Assembly: GCA_964532425.1 (NCBI GenBank)
Contig: CAZHIA010000007.1
Coordinates: forward strand, 64,008 to 128,007
Length of the DNA stretch: 64,000 bases
Direction of reading: 5' to 3'
Source of the DNA: an uncultured Candidatus Saccharibacteria bacterium
GTDB taxonomy: Bacteria; Patescibacteriota; Doudnabacteria; UBA920
The notes beneath the pieces are model-generated. The model was given only the letters and a program-made list of their open reading frames with translations. It was not told the DNA's origin and did not search any database. Both the position numbers and the translations under genes were made by a program. This document shows, piece after piece, positions 17,850 to 27,482 of this stretch. Numbering within the stretch: the first letter of the stretch is position 1; the number at the start of each line of letters is the position of its first letter.

Positions 17850-18513
17850 ACTATTATTCCTCCTTGTATGACAGTTTAGTATGCCGAAAAAGGTGGGGGT
17901 TGGCAAGCCCAGGCGCAATCCGATTGTGCCTGGGCAGGTCATCGTTCGTTGTTTGGTTATAGGGTTCTGTGGCCGGCCTTATTGATGATCACCATCGAGG
18001 ATAAACCTGTTCAAAACGATTAATTGAGTACTCAGGCGTGATCTTCCTTAAGAAAGCTGGTCCTCGATGGTGACCATCATCTGTCTCATGACTCAAATCT
18101 TACCCTGTCGCTATAGGTTTGCTCAGCAGGCTAAACTATGGTCAATTAATAAATCTGTGGATAAAAAACAACAATATCAGAAATTGCTAGCAATTCCGTC
18201 ATTTCTGTTAGGATACTAGCTATAGTATTATGAAGGAGGTAAATATTACTACATATGGTGAATTCGCCATATGGAGGGTGAGAAACAAAAGCACGTATTA
18301 GTAAGCAATAATTGTCCCCAGGAGGTCGCTTTTTCTGCCAAAAAAGCCGTATTTTTTTACGCTAAAATAGGGGTGGAAATTATAGAGTCTGAGCCGTCGG
18401 ATTAACTCCGCGGCGAAGGCAACACTCCGGAAAGGGGAGGCAGGAGCCAACGGTGACGGTGGAAGGGGAAAACCCCTTTCGGTTCTCGCCGGGGTTTCCC
18501 CCTCCAATGCATT

Positions 18514-18960
18514 ATGCGCTGTCCAAACTGTCAAAATGAGGATACAAAGGTAATCGATTCGAGGCCGGTTGATGACGCCAGTGCCATACGGCGCCGGCGC
18601 CAGTGCGAAAAGTGCGAGTTCCGCTTTTCTACGTATGAGGAGATTGAAATTCTGGACCTGACCGTGGTCAAGAGGGACGAGACCAAAGAGCCTTATAGCC
18701 GGGAAAAGCTGGAACGGGGGATTAAGCGGGCCTTTGAGAAGCGCGAGCACAATGACCAAACCTTGAGAAAGCTTATTTCCGGCATTGAACAGGATATCCA
18801 GAAAAAAGCCAAGGATGGAGAGATTCGGAGCTCAGATATCGGTGACATTGTCATGCGGCGAATGAAACGGATCGACAAGGTGGCCTACATCCGTTTCGCC
18901 TCGGTCTACCGCTGCTTCGAGGACGTGGAAGAATTTAAGGCGGAACTGCAAAAACTGTGA
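18514..18960 (+). CDS. nrdR: transcriptional repressor NrdR
   Basis: It has an N-terminal zinc ribbon (MRCPNCQ...C..C) and an ATP-cone, and sits immediately upstream of the RNR gene. Confidence 0.85.
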   Translation: MRCPNCQNEDTKVIDSRPVDDASAIRRRRQCEKCEFRFSTYEEIEILDLTVVKRDETKEPYSREKLERGIKRAFEKREHNDQTLRKLISGIEQDIQKKAKDGEIRSSDIGDIVMRRMKRIDKVAYIRFASVYRCFEDVEEFKAELQKL

Positions 18961-19158
18961 TAGTAATCTCGAATCCGCCAGCTGGCGGAACAAATGCAGC
19001 GCAAATATTCGAATTGCTATTGGCCGTATATCCAATCAAGAGCGGTGTGTAGTATTAGTATATTTGTGTTTGATTCGTTATATTAGAGAATACTCCTTTA
19101 CATTAAGTTAACAACCATTAACCATCCATCATCAGGTGGAATAACAAGAGAGCAATCC

Positions 19159-21843
19159 ATGCAATCCAAAGTCAACCTCCAAACCCGGGACACAAATGCC
19201 TTGTCAGAACTGGGCGAAAAGATCTTTTTAGACCGTTATGCAGTAAAAGACGTTAAGCGCGAAACTCTTGCCGTGGGCGACACGGTGGTGGTTTTGGTCA
19301 ACCCAAAAACCGGACAGCGGGAGATCGGTACCATCGAATCGATTAACCAGGAAACTCGTGAGGTCCAGGTGCGCATGCGTGACGGCCAACTGGAGTCGCG
19401 TGTCATCGAACACGTGGATAAGCCGCTCGAGCTGGTTCCCGAGCAGATGTTTGACCGGATTGCCAAACATATTGCTTCCGTGGAGCGCACCCAGGAAAAA
19501 CAGAAGGAATGGGAAGAGAAGTTCCGATCCCTGATGGATGACTGGAAGTACGTGCCGGCCGGCCGCATTTTTACCGGCGCTGGCACCGGACAGAACCTGA
19601 CCTTTTATAATTGCTACGTCATCCCGTCTCCTAAGGACAGCCGCCATGGCATCTTTGACACGCTTGGCCAGATGGCCGAGATCATGTCCCGCGGCGGTGG
19701 CGTGGGTATTCCGCTGTCTTCGCTGCGCCCGCGCTATGCATACGTTAAAGGCGTGAATGGCAGATCTTCCGGATCGGTCTCGTGGGGCAGCCTCTACAGT
19801 TTTGTTACCGGCCTCATTGAACAGGGAGGCAGCCGGCGCGGCGCGCTCATGTTGATCCTTGAAGTGTGGCACCCGGATGTCATTGATTTCATCAATTCCA
19901 AAAAAGAAGCCGGCAAGATCACCAACGCTAATATCTCCGTGGGTATTACCGACGACTTCATGCAGGCGGTCAAGAATGACCAGCCGTGGGATCTAGTCTT
20001 CCCGGACACTTCGGACCCGCTCTATCAGGACCATTGGGACGGCAATATGCGCAAGTGGAAAGAAATGGGCGGCAAGGTTATTAAGCACAAGACCGTACGT
20101 GCGGCTGACATTTGGCGCAATATTATCGAGTCGGCCTGGTCGTCTGCCGAGCCGGGCATGTACTTCGTGGACCGTGCCAACTATTATTCCAACTCGTGGT
20201 ATTACTCGCCGCTGATGTGCACAAACCCCTGCGGGGAGCAGCCGTTGCCGGCCTGGGGCGTATGTAATTTGGGTCATGTCAATCTTTCCAAATTTGTCAG
20301 CAAGGATACCAAGGAAGTCAAATGGAATGATTTGAAGCAGGCGGTCCAATACGCCGTACGCTTCCAGGACAATGTCATCGATGCTACCCCATACTTCTTT
20401 GAGGAGAATCGCAAGCAGCAATTGAGCGAGCGTCGCGTGGGTATGGGCACTGTCGGTTTGGCTGAAATGCTCGTTCACTTGGAACTCCGCTACGGCAGCC
20501 CTGAGGCCGTACAATTTATCGATAAGTTGTACCAGTTCATTGCACTGACCGCTTACGAGACCTCTGTCGAACTGGCGCGTGAGAAGGGTGCGTTTGCCCG
20601 CTTTGATTCGGAAAAATTCTTGCAGTCCGGCTATATGAAGCAGATGCCTGAGTACATTCGCGACTTGGTCGCCAAGTACGGCATCCGCAATGTGACCATT
20701 ATGACCCAGGCGCCGACCGGCACCGTGGGAACCATGGTCGGGACTTCCACCGGCATCGAGCCGTTCTTCTCCTGGACCTATTTCAGAAAGAGCCGCCTCG
20801 GCGTGCACGAGGAAAAGATCAAGCTGGCCCAGGACTGGCTCGAGAAGCATCCGGGACAGGAATTGCCGAATCACTTCGTGACCGCAATGGAGCTTACCCC
20901 GGAAGAACACGTGCGCATGCAGGCCGCAGTGCAGAAGTGGACCGACGCTGCCATTAGCAAGACCGTTAATGCCCCGTCGAATTACACTGTCGAAGAGACC
21001 GAGAAATTGTACGAGCTGCTGTATGATTCCGGTTGCAAGGGCGGCACTATTTATCGTGACGGCAGCCGCGACGAACAAATTTTGGCTACTGACCACAAAA
21101 AGCTCGGCAAGGATGCCGCTGACCAGGTGGAAGCGAAGAAAAACTCTCCCAACCCCTCTTTAGAAAAGAGGGGAGAGACTGCAGACAATCGCGTGCAAGA
21201 GGTTATGTCCGTTTCCGGCGATAACATTCAGATGAAGATTGCCCCGCGCCAGCGGCCGAACGCCATGCATGGCATGACCTATAAGATGCCGACCGCGTAT
21301 GGCAGCCTCTACATTACGGTCAATGAGGATGAGCATGGACCGTTTGAGGTCTTTGCGACCATGGGCAAGGCCGGCGGATTCTTCTCCGCCCAGACCGAAG
21401 CCATTACGCGATTGATCTCTACTGCACTGCGTTCCAATATTGCCATTGAAGAAATTATCGACCAGCTCAAAGGCATCCGCGGGCCGGATGTGACCTTCTC
21501 TGAAGACGGCATGATCTATTCTTTGCCGGACGCCATTGCCAAGGTTTTGGAAAAGCACATCAAGCGCCACCAGCAGGAACTGAACTTGCCGATCACGGAA
21601 TCCAAGCAGCAGATGCAGCTGGAAGTGCCGAAGCCACAGGCCGAAGTTGTGCAGGAAAAAGTCGTGGAGACCATCTCCGAAGAGAAGATCCAAACCAACG
21701 GCCATATGACCTACAAGAAAACGCAGAAGGTTTCCATTGCCAACTTAGGCAACGCGCCAGTCTGTAACTCCTGCGGCGCCATGCTCGTCTTTGCCGAAGG
21801 GTGCATGAAGTGCGAGAGCTGCGGGTATAGCAAGTGTGGATAG
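19159..21843 (+). CDS. nrdJ: ribonucleoside-diphosphate/triphosphate reductase, class II adenosylcobalamin-dependent
   Basis: It has the CTNPCGEQPL active-site motif of class II RNR and the C-terminal Cys cluster CNSCGAMLVFAEGCMKCESCGYSKCG. Confidence 0.85.
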   Translation: MQSKVNLQTRDTNALSELGEKIFLDRYAVKDVKRETLAVGDTVVVLVNPKTGQREIGTIESINQETREVQVRMRDGQLESRVIEHVDKPLELVPEQMFDRIAKHIASVERTQEKQKEWEEKFRSLMDDWKYVPAGRIFTGAGTGQNLTFYNCYVIPSPKDSRHGIFDTLGQMAEIMSRGGGVGIPLSSLRPRYAYVKGVNGRSSGSVSWGSLYSFVTGLIEQGGSRRGALMLILEVWHPDVIDFINSKKEAGKITNANISVGITDDFMQAVKNDQPWDLVFPDTSDPLYQDHWDGNMRKWKEMGGKVIKHKTVRAADIWRNIIESAWSSAEPGMYFVDRANYYSNSWYYSPLMCTNPCGEQPLPAWGVCNLGHVNLSKFVSKDTKEVKWNDLKQAVQYAVRFQDNVIDATPYFFEENRKQQLSERRVGMGTVGLAEMLVHLELRYGSPEAVQFIDKLYQFIALTAYETSVELAREKGAFARFDSEKFLQSGYMKQMPEYIRDLVAKYGIRNVTIMTQAPTGTVGTMVGTSTGIEPFFSWTYFRKSRLGVHEEKIKLAQDWLEKHPGQELPNHFVTAMELTPEEHVRMQAAVQKWTDAAISKTVNAPSNYTVEETEKLYELLYDSGCKGGTIYRDGSRDEQILATDHKKLGKDAADQVEAKKNSPNPSLEKRGETADNRVQEVMSVSGDNIQMKIAPRQRPNAMHGMTYKMPTAYGSLYITVNEDEHGPFEVFATMGKAGGFFSAQTEAITRLISTALRSNIAIEEIIDQLKGIRGPDVTFSEDGMIYSLPDAIAKVLEKHIKRHQQELNLPITESKQQMQLEVPKPQAEVVQEKVVETISEEKIQTNGHMTYKKTQKVSIANLGNAPVCNSCGAMLVFAEGCMKCESCGYSKCG

Positions 21844-21852
21844 TGTAAAATC

Positions 21853-21888
21853 GAGGCGGCGGATATTCCGCCGCCTCTTCTTATCTTA
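21853..21888 (+). terminator. intrinsic terminator after nrdJ
   Basis: The hairpin GAGGCGGCGG-atatt-CCGCCGCCTC is followed by TTCTTATCTT. Confidence 0.6.
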
Positions 21889-21930
21889 ATTATTTTATGT
21901 GTCCAGTTTCGGGTTATTTCATACTAGGTT

Positions 21931-22872
21931 ATGAATAAGAGTAAGAAAATGTACAAGGATAAAAATCCAGTAAATATACCACAAAAGGCTAACTGGTTTA
22001 AGTCGGTGGCTGCTTGGCTCTTTGTGAAAGTTGCTTGGGGGGCTATAGTGTCTGGTGCAGTTTTTGCATTTTTTTGGCTAAATGGGAATGTAAGTTTTTG
22101 TGATTTTAATCTAGGTTTTGTTTCAGGGAAAATTAGAACCACAAAAAATTCAGAAATCTGCGACTCTAACAAGACAATGCAGGCACAGCTAGTTTCTCAT
22201 GATCAAAAAAATCCAAACACTCCATCCGTAGCTGGTGCTCAAGTAATCAAATGTAATTTTAGAAGTGGTGGATGGATTGATAAGGATCGCTTTAAGACCT
22301 TAGATCAGGAAAAAGTTACTTTACGGTCACCTAGCAAAAAAGGGAATGAAGGTGCTGTTATGAAATATGAAACGAGAGTCTCGCCCCCCTTTGCTAACGC
22401 TATCTCGTTTTTGCCTCTTACTCCTGATAAAGGAAATTTAATCCATGGTTACGATCAAGTTTATAGAGCTATAATTGCCGAAAGTAACTACGCTACCTTT
22501 AGTCTCGAAAAAAATAAAAATTATGCAACTGCAAATCGGAATATCGAATGGGAAAAAGTGAAGGAGCTCGATAGCCAATCTTTCAGACCATTATTTAGAA
22601 ACCAGATAGTCCCCAATACAGAAATACTGTCAACCATGAAAGTGTTGCCAGAAGCAGATTCTAATTCTCTTAGAGTCGAGTTTGTTGTGTCATATTATCC
22701 AATTTCTGATTCAGATCACAGAACCACACAGACTTTTATCTACAAAATTGGTTTACCAATAAATCCTGAAAATTTGAATGAGAGGATTATGACAGGCCTT
22801 ATAAATCCAGTCTCAAAAAAAACCTCCGAAGTGGATGCTGAGTTTAAAAGCTGTGAAATTATGATTGAATAA
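21931..22872 (+). CDS. hypothetical membrane-anchored protein (AT-rich, likely foreign)
   Basis: This 313-aa ORF lies in a roughly 35% GC segment and has one N-terminal TM helix. It is Asn/Lys-rich. Confidence 0.45.
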   Translation: MNKSKKMYKDKNPVNIPQKANWFKSVAAWLFVKVAWGAIVSGAVFAFFWLNGNVSFCDFNLGFVSGKIRTTKNSEICDSNKTMQAQLVSHDQKNPNTPSVAGAQVIKCNFRSGGWIDKDRFKTLDQEKVTLRSPSKKGNEGAVMKYETRVSPPFANAISFLPLTPDKGNLIHGYDQVYRAIIAESNYATFSLEKNKNYATANRNIEWEKVKELDSQSFRPLFRNQIVPNTEILSTMKVLPEADSNSLRVEFVVSYYPISDSDHRTTQTFIYKIGLPINPENLNERIMTGLINPVSKKTSEVDAEFKSCEIMIE

Positions 22873-22940
22873 GTAATAACCTCAAAGTAGTGTTTCCTCC
22901 ATGTTAATTTATGCAATAATTTTTTTTTTAATGTATTTAT

Positions 22941-23522
22941 ATGAAAACAATTTTGTATTTAGCCCAAAGCTTGAACGGGTTCATTGCTAAGGAGAATGGG
23001 GATACGGCGTGGGTGGGAAGCGAGGACAAGGAACGATTTAAGAACATGACCATGAAGGCCCGGAATGCGGTCATGGGAAGGAACACGTATGAGATTATGG
23101 AAGCCGAAGGCGATTTTCCGTTGGATGGCCGGCTCAACGTGGTCATGACGCGCAATCTGCAGCCATCGACTGAGAATGTCATGTTTACGGACAAGACCCC
23201 GGGAGAAGTTATTGATTTCATGAAGGAGCAGGGTTTTACCGAGACCATGGTTATTGGCGGTGGCCGCATTGCCAAGTCATTTTTGGAAGCCGGATTGATC
23301 GATGAACTTTATATATCCATCGAACCCATTCTGTTCGGCAAAGGTGTGCCGCTTATTGGCGGCGAGTTTGTTGAACAGGGCGAGTTGGAGGTAAATTTGG
23401 AGTTTTTGGATTTTATGCGGATCTCGGAAAACGAGTTGCAGTTACACTACCGCGTCGTGTCTCAGAAAGACATGGAGTCAGGCACGGGTAAAGAAATTGA
23501 AGAGTTTATGAATAAAGAATGA
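22941..23522 (+). CDS. dihydrofolate reductase family protein (RibD C-terminal domain-like)
   Basis: It shows the pattern LNGFIA...W......F......A.VMGR.TYE...PL..R.N.V.TR....IGGG.IA.SFL.AGL.DEL typical of RibD_C/YwjB-type reductases. Confidence 0.6.
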   Translation: MKTILYLAQSLNGFIAKENGDTAWVGSEDKERFKNMTMKARNAVMGRNTYEIMEAEGDFPLDGRLNVVMTRNLQPSTENVMFTDKTPGEVIDFMKEQGFTETMVIGGGRIAKSFLEAGLIDELYISIEPILFGKGVPLIGGEFVEQGELEVNLEFLDFMRISENELQLHYRVVSQKDMESGTGKEIEEFMNKE

Positions 23523-23526
23523 AACC

Positions 23527-23814
23527 ATGAACTCTTACTTCGTATATATTTTGGCGAGCCAAAGGAATGGCACATTGTATATCGGAGTGACGAATAATCT
23601 GATTAAGCGCGTTTGGCAACATAAGAATAAAGTCGTTGATGGTTTTACAAAGAAATACGGAGTTGGCATATTGGTTTATTTCGAGGAGACGTCGGAGATC
23701 GAATCAGCGATTCAAAGAGAAAAGCAGTTGAAGAAATGGAATCGTGCTTGGAAGATTAGGCTCATTGAAGAAAAGAATCCGTTTTGGAAAGATCTTTACA
23801 ACGGACTTTTATAA
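23527..23814 (+). CDS. GIY-YIG nuclease family protein
   Basis: It has the YFVYIL...GTLYIGVTNNL.RR motif of the GIY-YIG/URI domain. It is 95 aa. Confidence 0.7.
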   Translation: MNSYFVYILASQRNGTLYIGVTNNLIKRVWQHKNKVVDGFTKKYGVGILVYFEETSEIESAIQREKQLKKWNRAWKIRLIEEKNPFWKDLYNGLL

Positions 23815-24030
23815 AGAGATGTGTCATCCTCGGGCCGAGTGCATCCGAGGTCCCGGGGATCCATATGCCTGGATTCCCGCCTCCGCGGGAATGACACAGG
23901 GGAGAGCGAGAATGACAAGGGGAAAGTAGGAGTGACGCTAAAAATTATTAAGTACGTATAATGCTGGTGAGGTTAGAATTTTGACATAAAAAATACCGGA
24001 CCACTATTGTGGTCCGGTGGGGTACCGAAG

Positions 24031-24531
24031 CTATTCGGCTGATCGCTCAACGGGCGGTGGCTCGCTGGCTGTCGCCGGTTGGTCTCCATCCTTAATATAA
24101 TCGGCGAACTGCTGGAGCTTGCGAGTAAGTCCCTCGTTCTCGGCGCGCAACTTGGCGGCAGTGTCGTTAGCAGCTGCCTTTTCCTCGGAAAGCTTTCCGA
24201 GCACGCCTGCAAATCGCTCCGCGGCTTGCCTGTTGGCTTCAGCATGGGCCGCAGCCTGCTCTTCTATCTCTCGCTTGAGCTGTCGCAGGCCGAAGTCCTT
24301 CATACTCACTTTCAAGTCGGTCAGGGCCAGGCTCGTTTCGGCGGTGTCACGCTGCATTGTCAGTTCGGCGATCGCAGCCGCAACCTCAGTGTTGTGATCC
24401 ACTAGCGCCTGTTCGAGCAATTTAGCATGATGCCTCATTGCGTCGTCCATGTATGGATCCAGGACGTAGAACAAAGCCTTGAAAGAGCTGATGATCGCAG
24501 GGATCATCTGAGCGTTGTAATGGTGAGCCAT
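24031..24531 (-). CDS. hypothetical coiled-coil protein
   Basis: It has a CAGGAGGAAATAATG RBS. It is helical and charged with a P/E-rich C-terminus. Confidence 0.45.
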   Translation of the reverse strand: MAHHYNAQMIPAIISSFKALFYVLDPYMDDAMRHHAKLLEQALVDHNTEVAAAIAELTMQRDTAETSLALTDLKVSMKDFGLRQLKREIEEQAAAHAEANRQAAERFAGVLGKLSEEKAAANDTAAKLRAENEGLTRKLQQFADYIKDGDQPATASEPPPVERSAE

Positions 24532-24562
24532 TATTTCCTCCTGATGTTTTTTGACAGTTCGA

Positions 24563-24931
24563 CTACTGCGCCGGCTCCGTGCTTTCTTTTTCGGGTGGGG
24601 TCGGGATCTGGGTTTTGAGGGCCGCGTTCTCCCCGGTCAGCTGAAGGTTGGCAGCTTCCAGCTCCTTGATCTGATTCCGCAGTATTTGGATCTCCTGATT
24701 CCGGAGCGTTAACGAGTTGCTTTTGTCCTCGAGCGCGGTGGTAATCTTCTCGTACTCACGAGCGACGGCAGCGATCTCCTGTTCGGCAGACCCATAAGTG
24801 TCTATGAGCTGGTCTGCCAGGACGCTACCGAGAGCGAATCTCTCCGGCGGGATAGATTGTCTGAGTTCAAGAAAAAGCTTTCGGCACTCCTTACCCAGTA
24901 GGTCGAACATTCGAATGTTTATGCGAGTCAT
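24563..24931 (-). CDS. hypothetical coiled-coil protein
   Basis: The start was chosen at MTRINIRM because it has an AGGAGG RBS. Its architecture resembles the neighbouring minus-strand gene. Confidence 0.45.
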   Translation of the reverse strand: MTRINIRMFDLLGKECRKLFLELRQSIPPERFALGSVLADQLIDTYGSAEQEIAAVAREYEKITTALEDKSNSLTLRNQEIQILRNQIKELEAANLQLTGENAALKTQIPTPPEKESTEPAQ

Positions 24932-24989
24932 ACTTCCTCCTGTCGTGTTTTGAAATTCGAACTCCAAACTATACTAAATTTTTAATAAT

Positions 24990-25616
24990 ATGTCAACCCT
25001 TCAGAGAAAACCAAAAAAAGATAAACCGGTCATAGCCAAAAAAGGTCTGGTCATCGCCTACATTGGCGACGGCAAGGGTAAGACCGGTGCGGCCATGGGA
25101 CTAGCCGTGCGCGCGGCCGGTAGCGGCATGGATGTCTGCATTTTGCAATTCGTAAAATCCAAAAAACCCGAAGGCCGGAATCTGCAACCCGGCGAATGGC
25201 CGCTCTCGAATGAAATCGTTTTTTTTGACGGCATCTCGGGCAGCGGCAAGATCGGCTGCATTGATACCGAGCAGTTAGGGGAGGGGTTCGTTGGAATCTT
25301 GGGCGACAAAAAAGACCGCGACGTACACATCCGCGAAGCCCTCAGAGGGTTGGAATCGGCCCGTCAACTGATATTGTCAGGTAAGTACCAACTGATTATT
25401 TTGGATGAAATTATCTCCGCCCTGGAGCTGAATTTGCTTACCGAGCAGGATATTGTCGAGCTGATCAAAATCAAGCCTGAGATGCTTCACCTCTGTATGA
25501 CCGGCCATAAAAAATTCAAAAAGATTATTGCAGCCTGCGACCTGGTCACGGAAATGAAGATGATCAAGCATCCGTACTACGAGGGAGTGCTGGCGCAGCG
25601 GGGAATAGACTATTAA
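24990..25616 (+). CDS. cobO: cob(I)yrinic acid a,c-diamide adenosyltransferase (CobA/CobO/BtuR family)
   Basis: It has the GLVIAYIGDGKGKTGAAMGLAVRAAGSGM P-loop region and YQLIILDEI motif typical of ATP:corrinoid adenosyltransferase. Confidence 0.75.
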   Translation: MSTLQRKPKKDKPVIAKKGLVIAYIGDGKGKTGAAMGLAVRAAGSGMDVCILQFVKSKKPEGRNLQPGEWPLSNEIVFFDGISGSGKIGCIDTEQLGEGFVGILGDKKDRDVHIREALRGLESARQLILSGKYQLIILDEIISALELNLLTEQDIVELIKIKPEMLHLCMTGHKKFKKIIAACDLVTEMKMIKHPYYEGVLAQRGIDY

Positions 25617-25744
25617 AAATTGAACAAAATTGATCAAAATTAAATAAAATTGACAAAATTGCCACTGCATAGTTTCGTGGCGTCACTTGTCAAAATTATT
25701 TATCGACATTAGAATACAAGGGTAAATTAAAAAGAAAGAAGACA

Positions 25745-26110
25745 ATGGCTCAATCGAGAACAAAAATTTTCGTCTGGATTTTGGTGCTGGTGATCCTTGT
25801 TGGCGGGGGTATATATGCCTATCGCTATCAGAAGACCCACAGCAGCCAGCAACAGGGCAGCGGTATTTCATATAAAGGCCAGAATGGCAAGACGGCTTTG
25901 GACCTTCTTAAGTCCAATTATAAAGTTGAGACGCAGAGCTTTACCGGCGGCGAGTTCGTAAAGTCCATCAACGGCCAAACACCGGACAACAATCATTTTT
26001 GGGCGTTCTATGTCAACGGCCAAGAGGCTACCATTGGTGCTTCGCAGTACGTGACCAAAGACGGTGACACGGTTGAATGGAAGATGAAGCAGATAAATTC
26101 AAAACTGTAA
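25745..26110 (+). CDS. DUF4430-like membrane-anchored protein (putative cobalamin-binding)
   Basis: An N-terminal TM is followed by a small beta domain with GKTALDLL...YG.FV..ING......FW.FYVNG..A..GA......GD.VEW, which resembles DUF4430 proteins. It is adjacent to cobO and an ECF S component. Confidence 0.45.
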   Translation: MAQSRTKIFVWILVLVILVGGGIYAYRYQKTHSSQQQGSGISYKGQNGKTALDLLKSNYKVETQSFTGGEFVKSINGQTPDNNHFWAFYVNGQEATIGASQYVTKDGDTVEWKMKQINSKL

Positions 26111-26158
26111 GCAGTGAATAGTGCCGAATGCATAGCGAATAGTAAATAGATAACTATA

Positions 26159-26671
26159 GTGATATATTTTATCATCATACTCGCAGTTGTCTCGAGGTTT
26201 GTCCCTCACCTGTCGAACGCGGCACCCATAACGGCGCTGGCGATTTTTGCCGCAGTCCACATGACAAAAAAGGAAGCGCTGGGTGTCACGCTGGTGGCGC
26301 GATTCGTTTCCGATATATTCTTAGGGTTCTTTGCCTGGCCTCTGATGGTGGCCGTGTATGCATCTCATGCGGCCGGGATAGGGTTAGGCTCGTGGATCAA
26401 AAATTCTAAGTCCGCGTCCAGACGCTGGATGAAGATTGGCGCTTCCGGCGTGGCTTCGTCGCTGCTCTTTTTTCTGGTCACGAATTTTGCTTTTCTCTAC
26501 AGCACCTATCCGCACACCTGGGCCGGCATTGTTGCCGCCTATACCAATGGCCTGCCGTTCCTGCGGGGAACCCTGGCAGGGGATGTTGGGTACACTGTAG
26601 CATTCTTTGGGTTATATGAACTGGCCGCAGTCTTAATGAAGCGCAGAAAAAAAGTTCTCATAACAGCATAA
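26159..26671 (+). CDS. ECF-transporter S component-like membrane protein (CbrT-like?)
   Basis: It has a GTG start and is 170 aa with 5-6 TM helices. Its size and context suggest a substrate-capture subunit. Confidence 0.4.
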   Translation: MIYFIIILAVVSRFVPHLSNAAPITALAIFAAVHMTKKEALGVTLVARFVSDIFLGFFAWPLMVAVYASHAAGIGLGSWIKNSKSASRRWMKIGASGVASSLLFFLVTNFAFLYSTYPHTWAGIVAAYTNGLPFLRGTLAGDVGYTVAFFGLYELAAVLMKRRKKVLITA

Positions 26672-26793
26672 TATTCGGGATGATTGATGTTATTTGTTGA
26701 TCACCGCAGCAAGTCACAGGTCAATTGTCAGTTCTATATAAATTACCGCACCTGGAAATTCCAGGTGCGGTTTCGTTTTGTCTGAACTTCATC

Positions 26794-27204
26794 TCAGGCC
26801 GTAGCCCTTATTGCGAGCGGGTTGTGTTCGCTGACAATTTTAAGGCCGGCTTTTTTTATAGCCGTTCGGGCAAAGTCTCCGATCCAGTTATCGCAGCCAA
26901 GCATGGCAGCCCGGCCGAGGTCTACCTTGAGCGTGTGTATGCCCGAACCATTGCCGTTTTTGCAGCATAGAAGGCTGTGAAAGCCGTTGCACAATCCATG
27001 GTCGGATTTGACTCCCAACAACAGTTGGCTTCGCGTCATGACGCGCTTCCTGCATAGTCCTTCGTATTCGTAGCAGACCATGCTGGAAATTTCTGCTTCG
27101 GGCAGCTGAGGCATAGCCGACCGGAGCCTCTGCAGAATTAACTGTCCAGGAGCGTGACTGGCTTTACTGTCAGGTTTGAATTCAATCAAAAAGACGTGCT
27201 TCAT
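26794..27204 (-). CDS. hypothetical protein
   Basis: It is a 136-aa ORF with an AGGAGGA RBS on the minus strand and contains Cys/His-rich segments. It has no confident family assignment. Confidence 0.45.
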   Translation of the reverse strand: MKHVFLIEFKPDSKASHAPGQLILQRLRSAMPQLPEAEISSMVCYEYEGLCRKRVMTRSQLLLGVKSDHGLCNGFHSLLCCKNGNGSGIHTLKVDLGRAAMLGCDNWIGDFARTAIKKAGLKIVSEHNPLAIRATA

Positions 27205-27482
27205 TCAGTATCCTCCTGAAACTCTTGGCTATCCCGAAGAGTACCGTATTCTGCCTGCCCGGTCAATGGTTATTTAAAAAAGCCTTTCAGCAACAAGTGA
27301 CCTGTAACACTAAACATTTACAAAGGGCAGGCCACGGGCCTGCACTACAGTCACAGATCAAAGGTTAATCATCAAATGTCTCTTGGAGTATTTGTTTAGG
27401 ATTTCGGATTTGAAATCGCGGGCGCCTGTCGGCGGCCCCTACACAGCAAAGTATGTCCATCGAAATGTGTTATGATATGGGC

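Noticed and set aside
18400-18500. SRP RNA domain IV-like CCGGAAAGG...GCAGGAGCC upstream of nrdR
   Set aside because: It resembles the GGAA tetraloop/AGCAGCC region only loosely. The 5' strand lacks AGGUC, so it is not claimed.
18961-19158. NrdR boxes upstream of nrdJ
   Set aside because: GTGTAGTATTAGTATATTTGTG is AT-rich and ACA/TGT-containing, but it is not a true 16-bp ACAC...GTGT palindrome. It needs a PWM scan before it can be called.
19993-21096. 367-aa minus-strand ORF inside nrdJ, and similar antisense ORFs (43009-44202 and 43460-44191 inside groEL; 9838-10389 inside ftsZ; 4584-5429 inside the PP2C gene; 51592-52488; 53827-54600)
   Set aside because: These are antisense shadow ORFs within GC-rich genes that have confident homology on the other strand, or, for the last two, strong RBSs. 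They have no RBS and an atypical composition.
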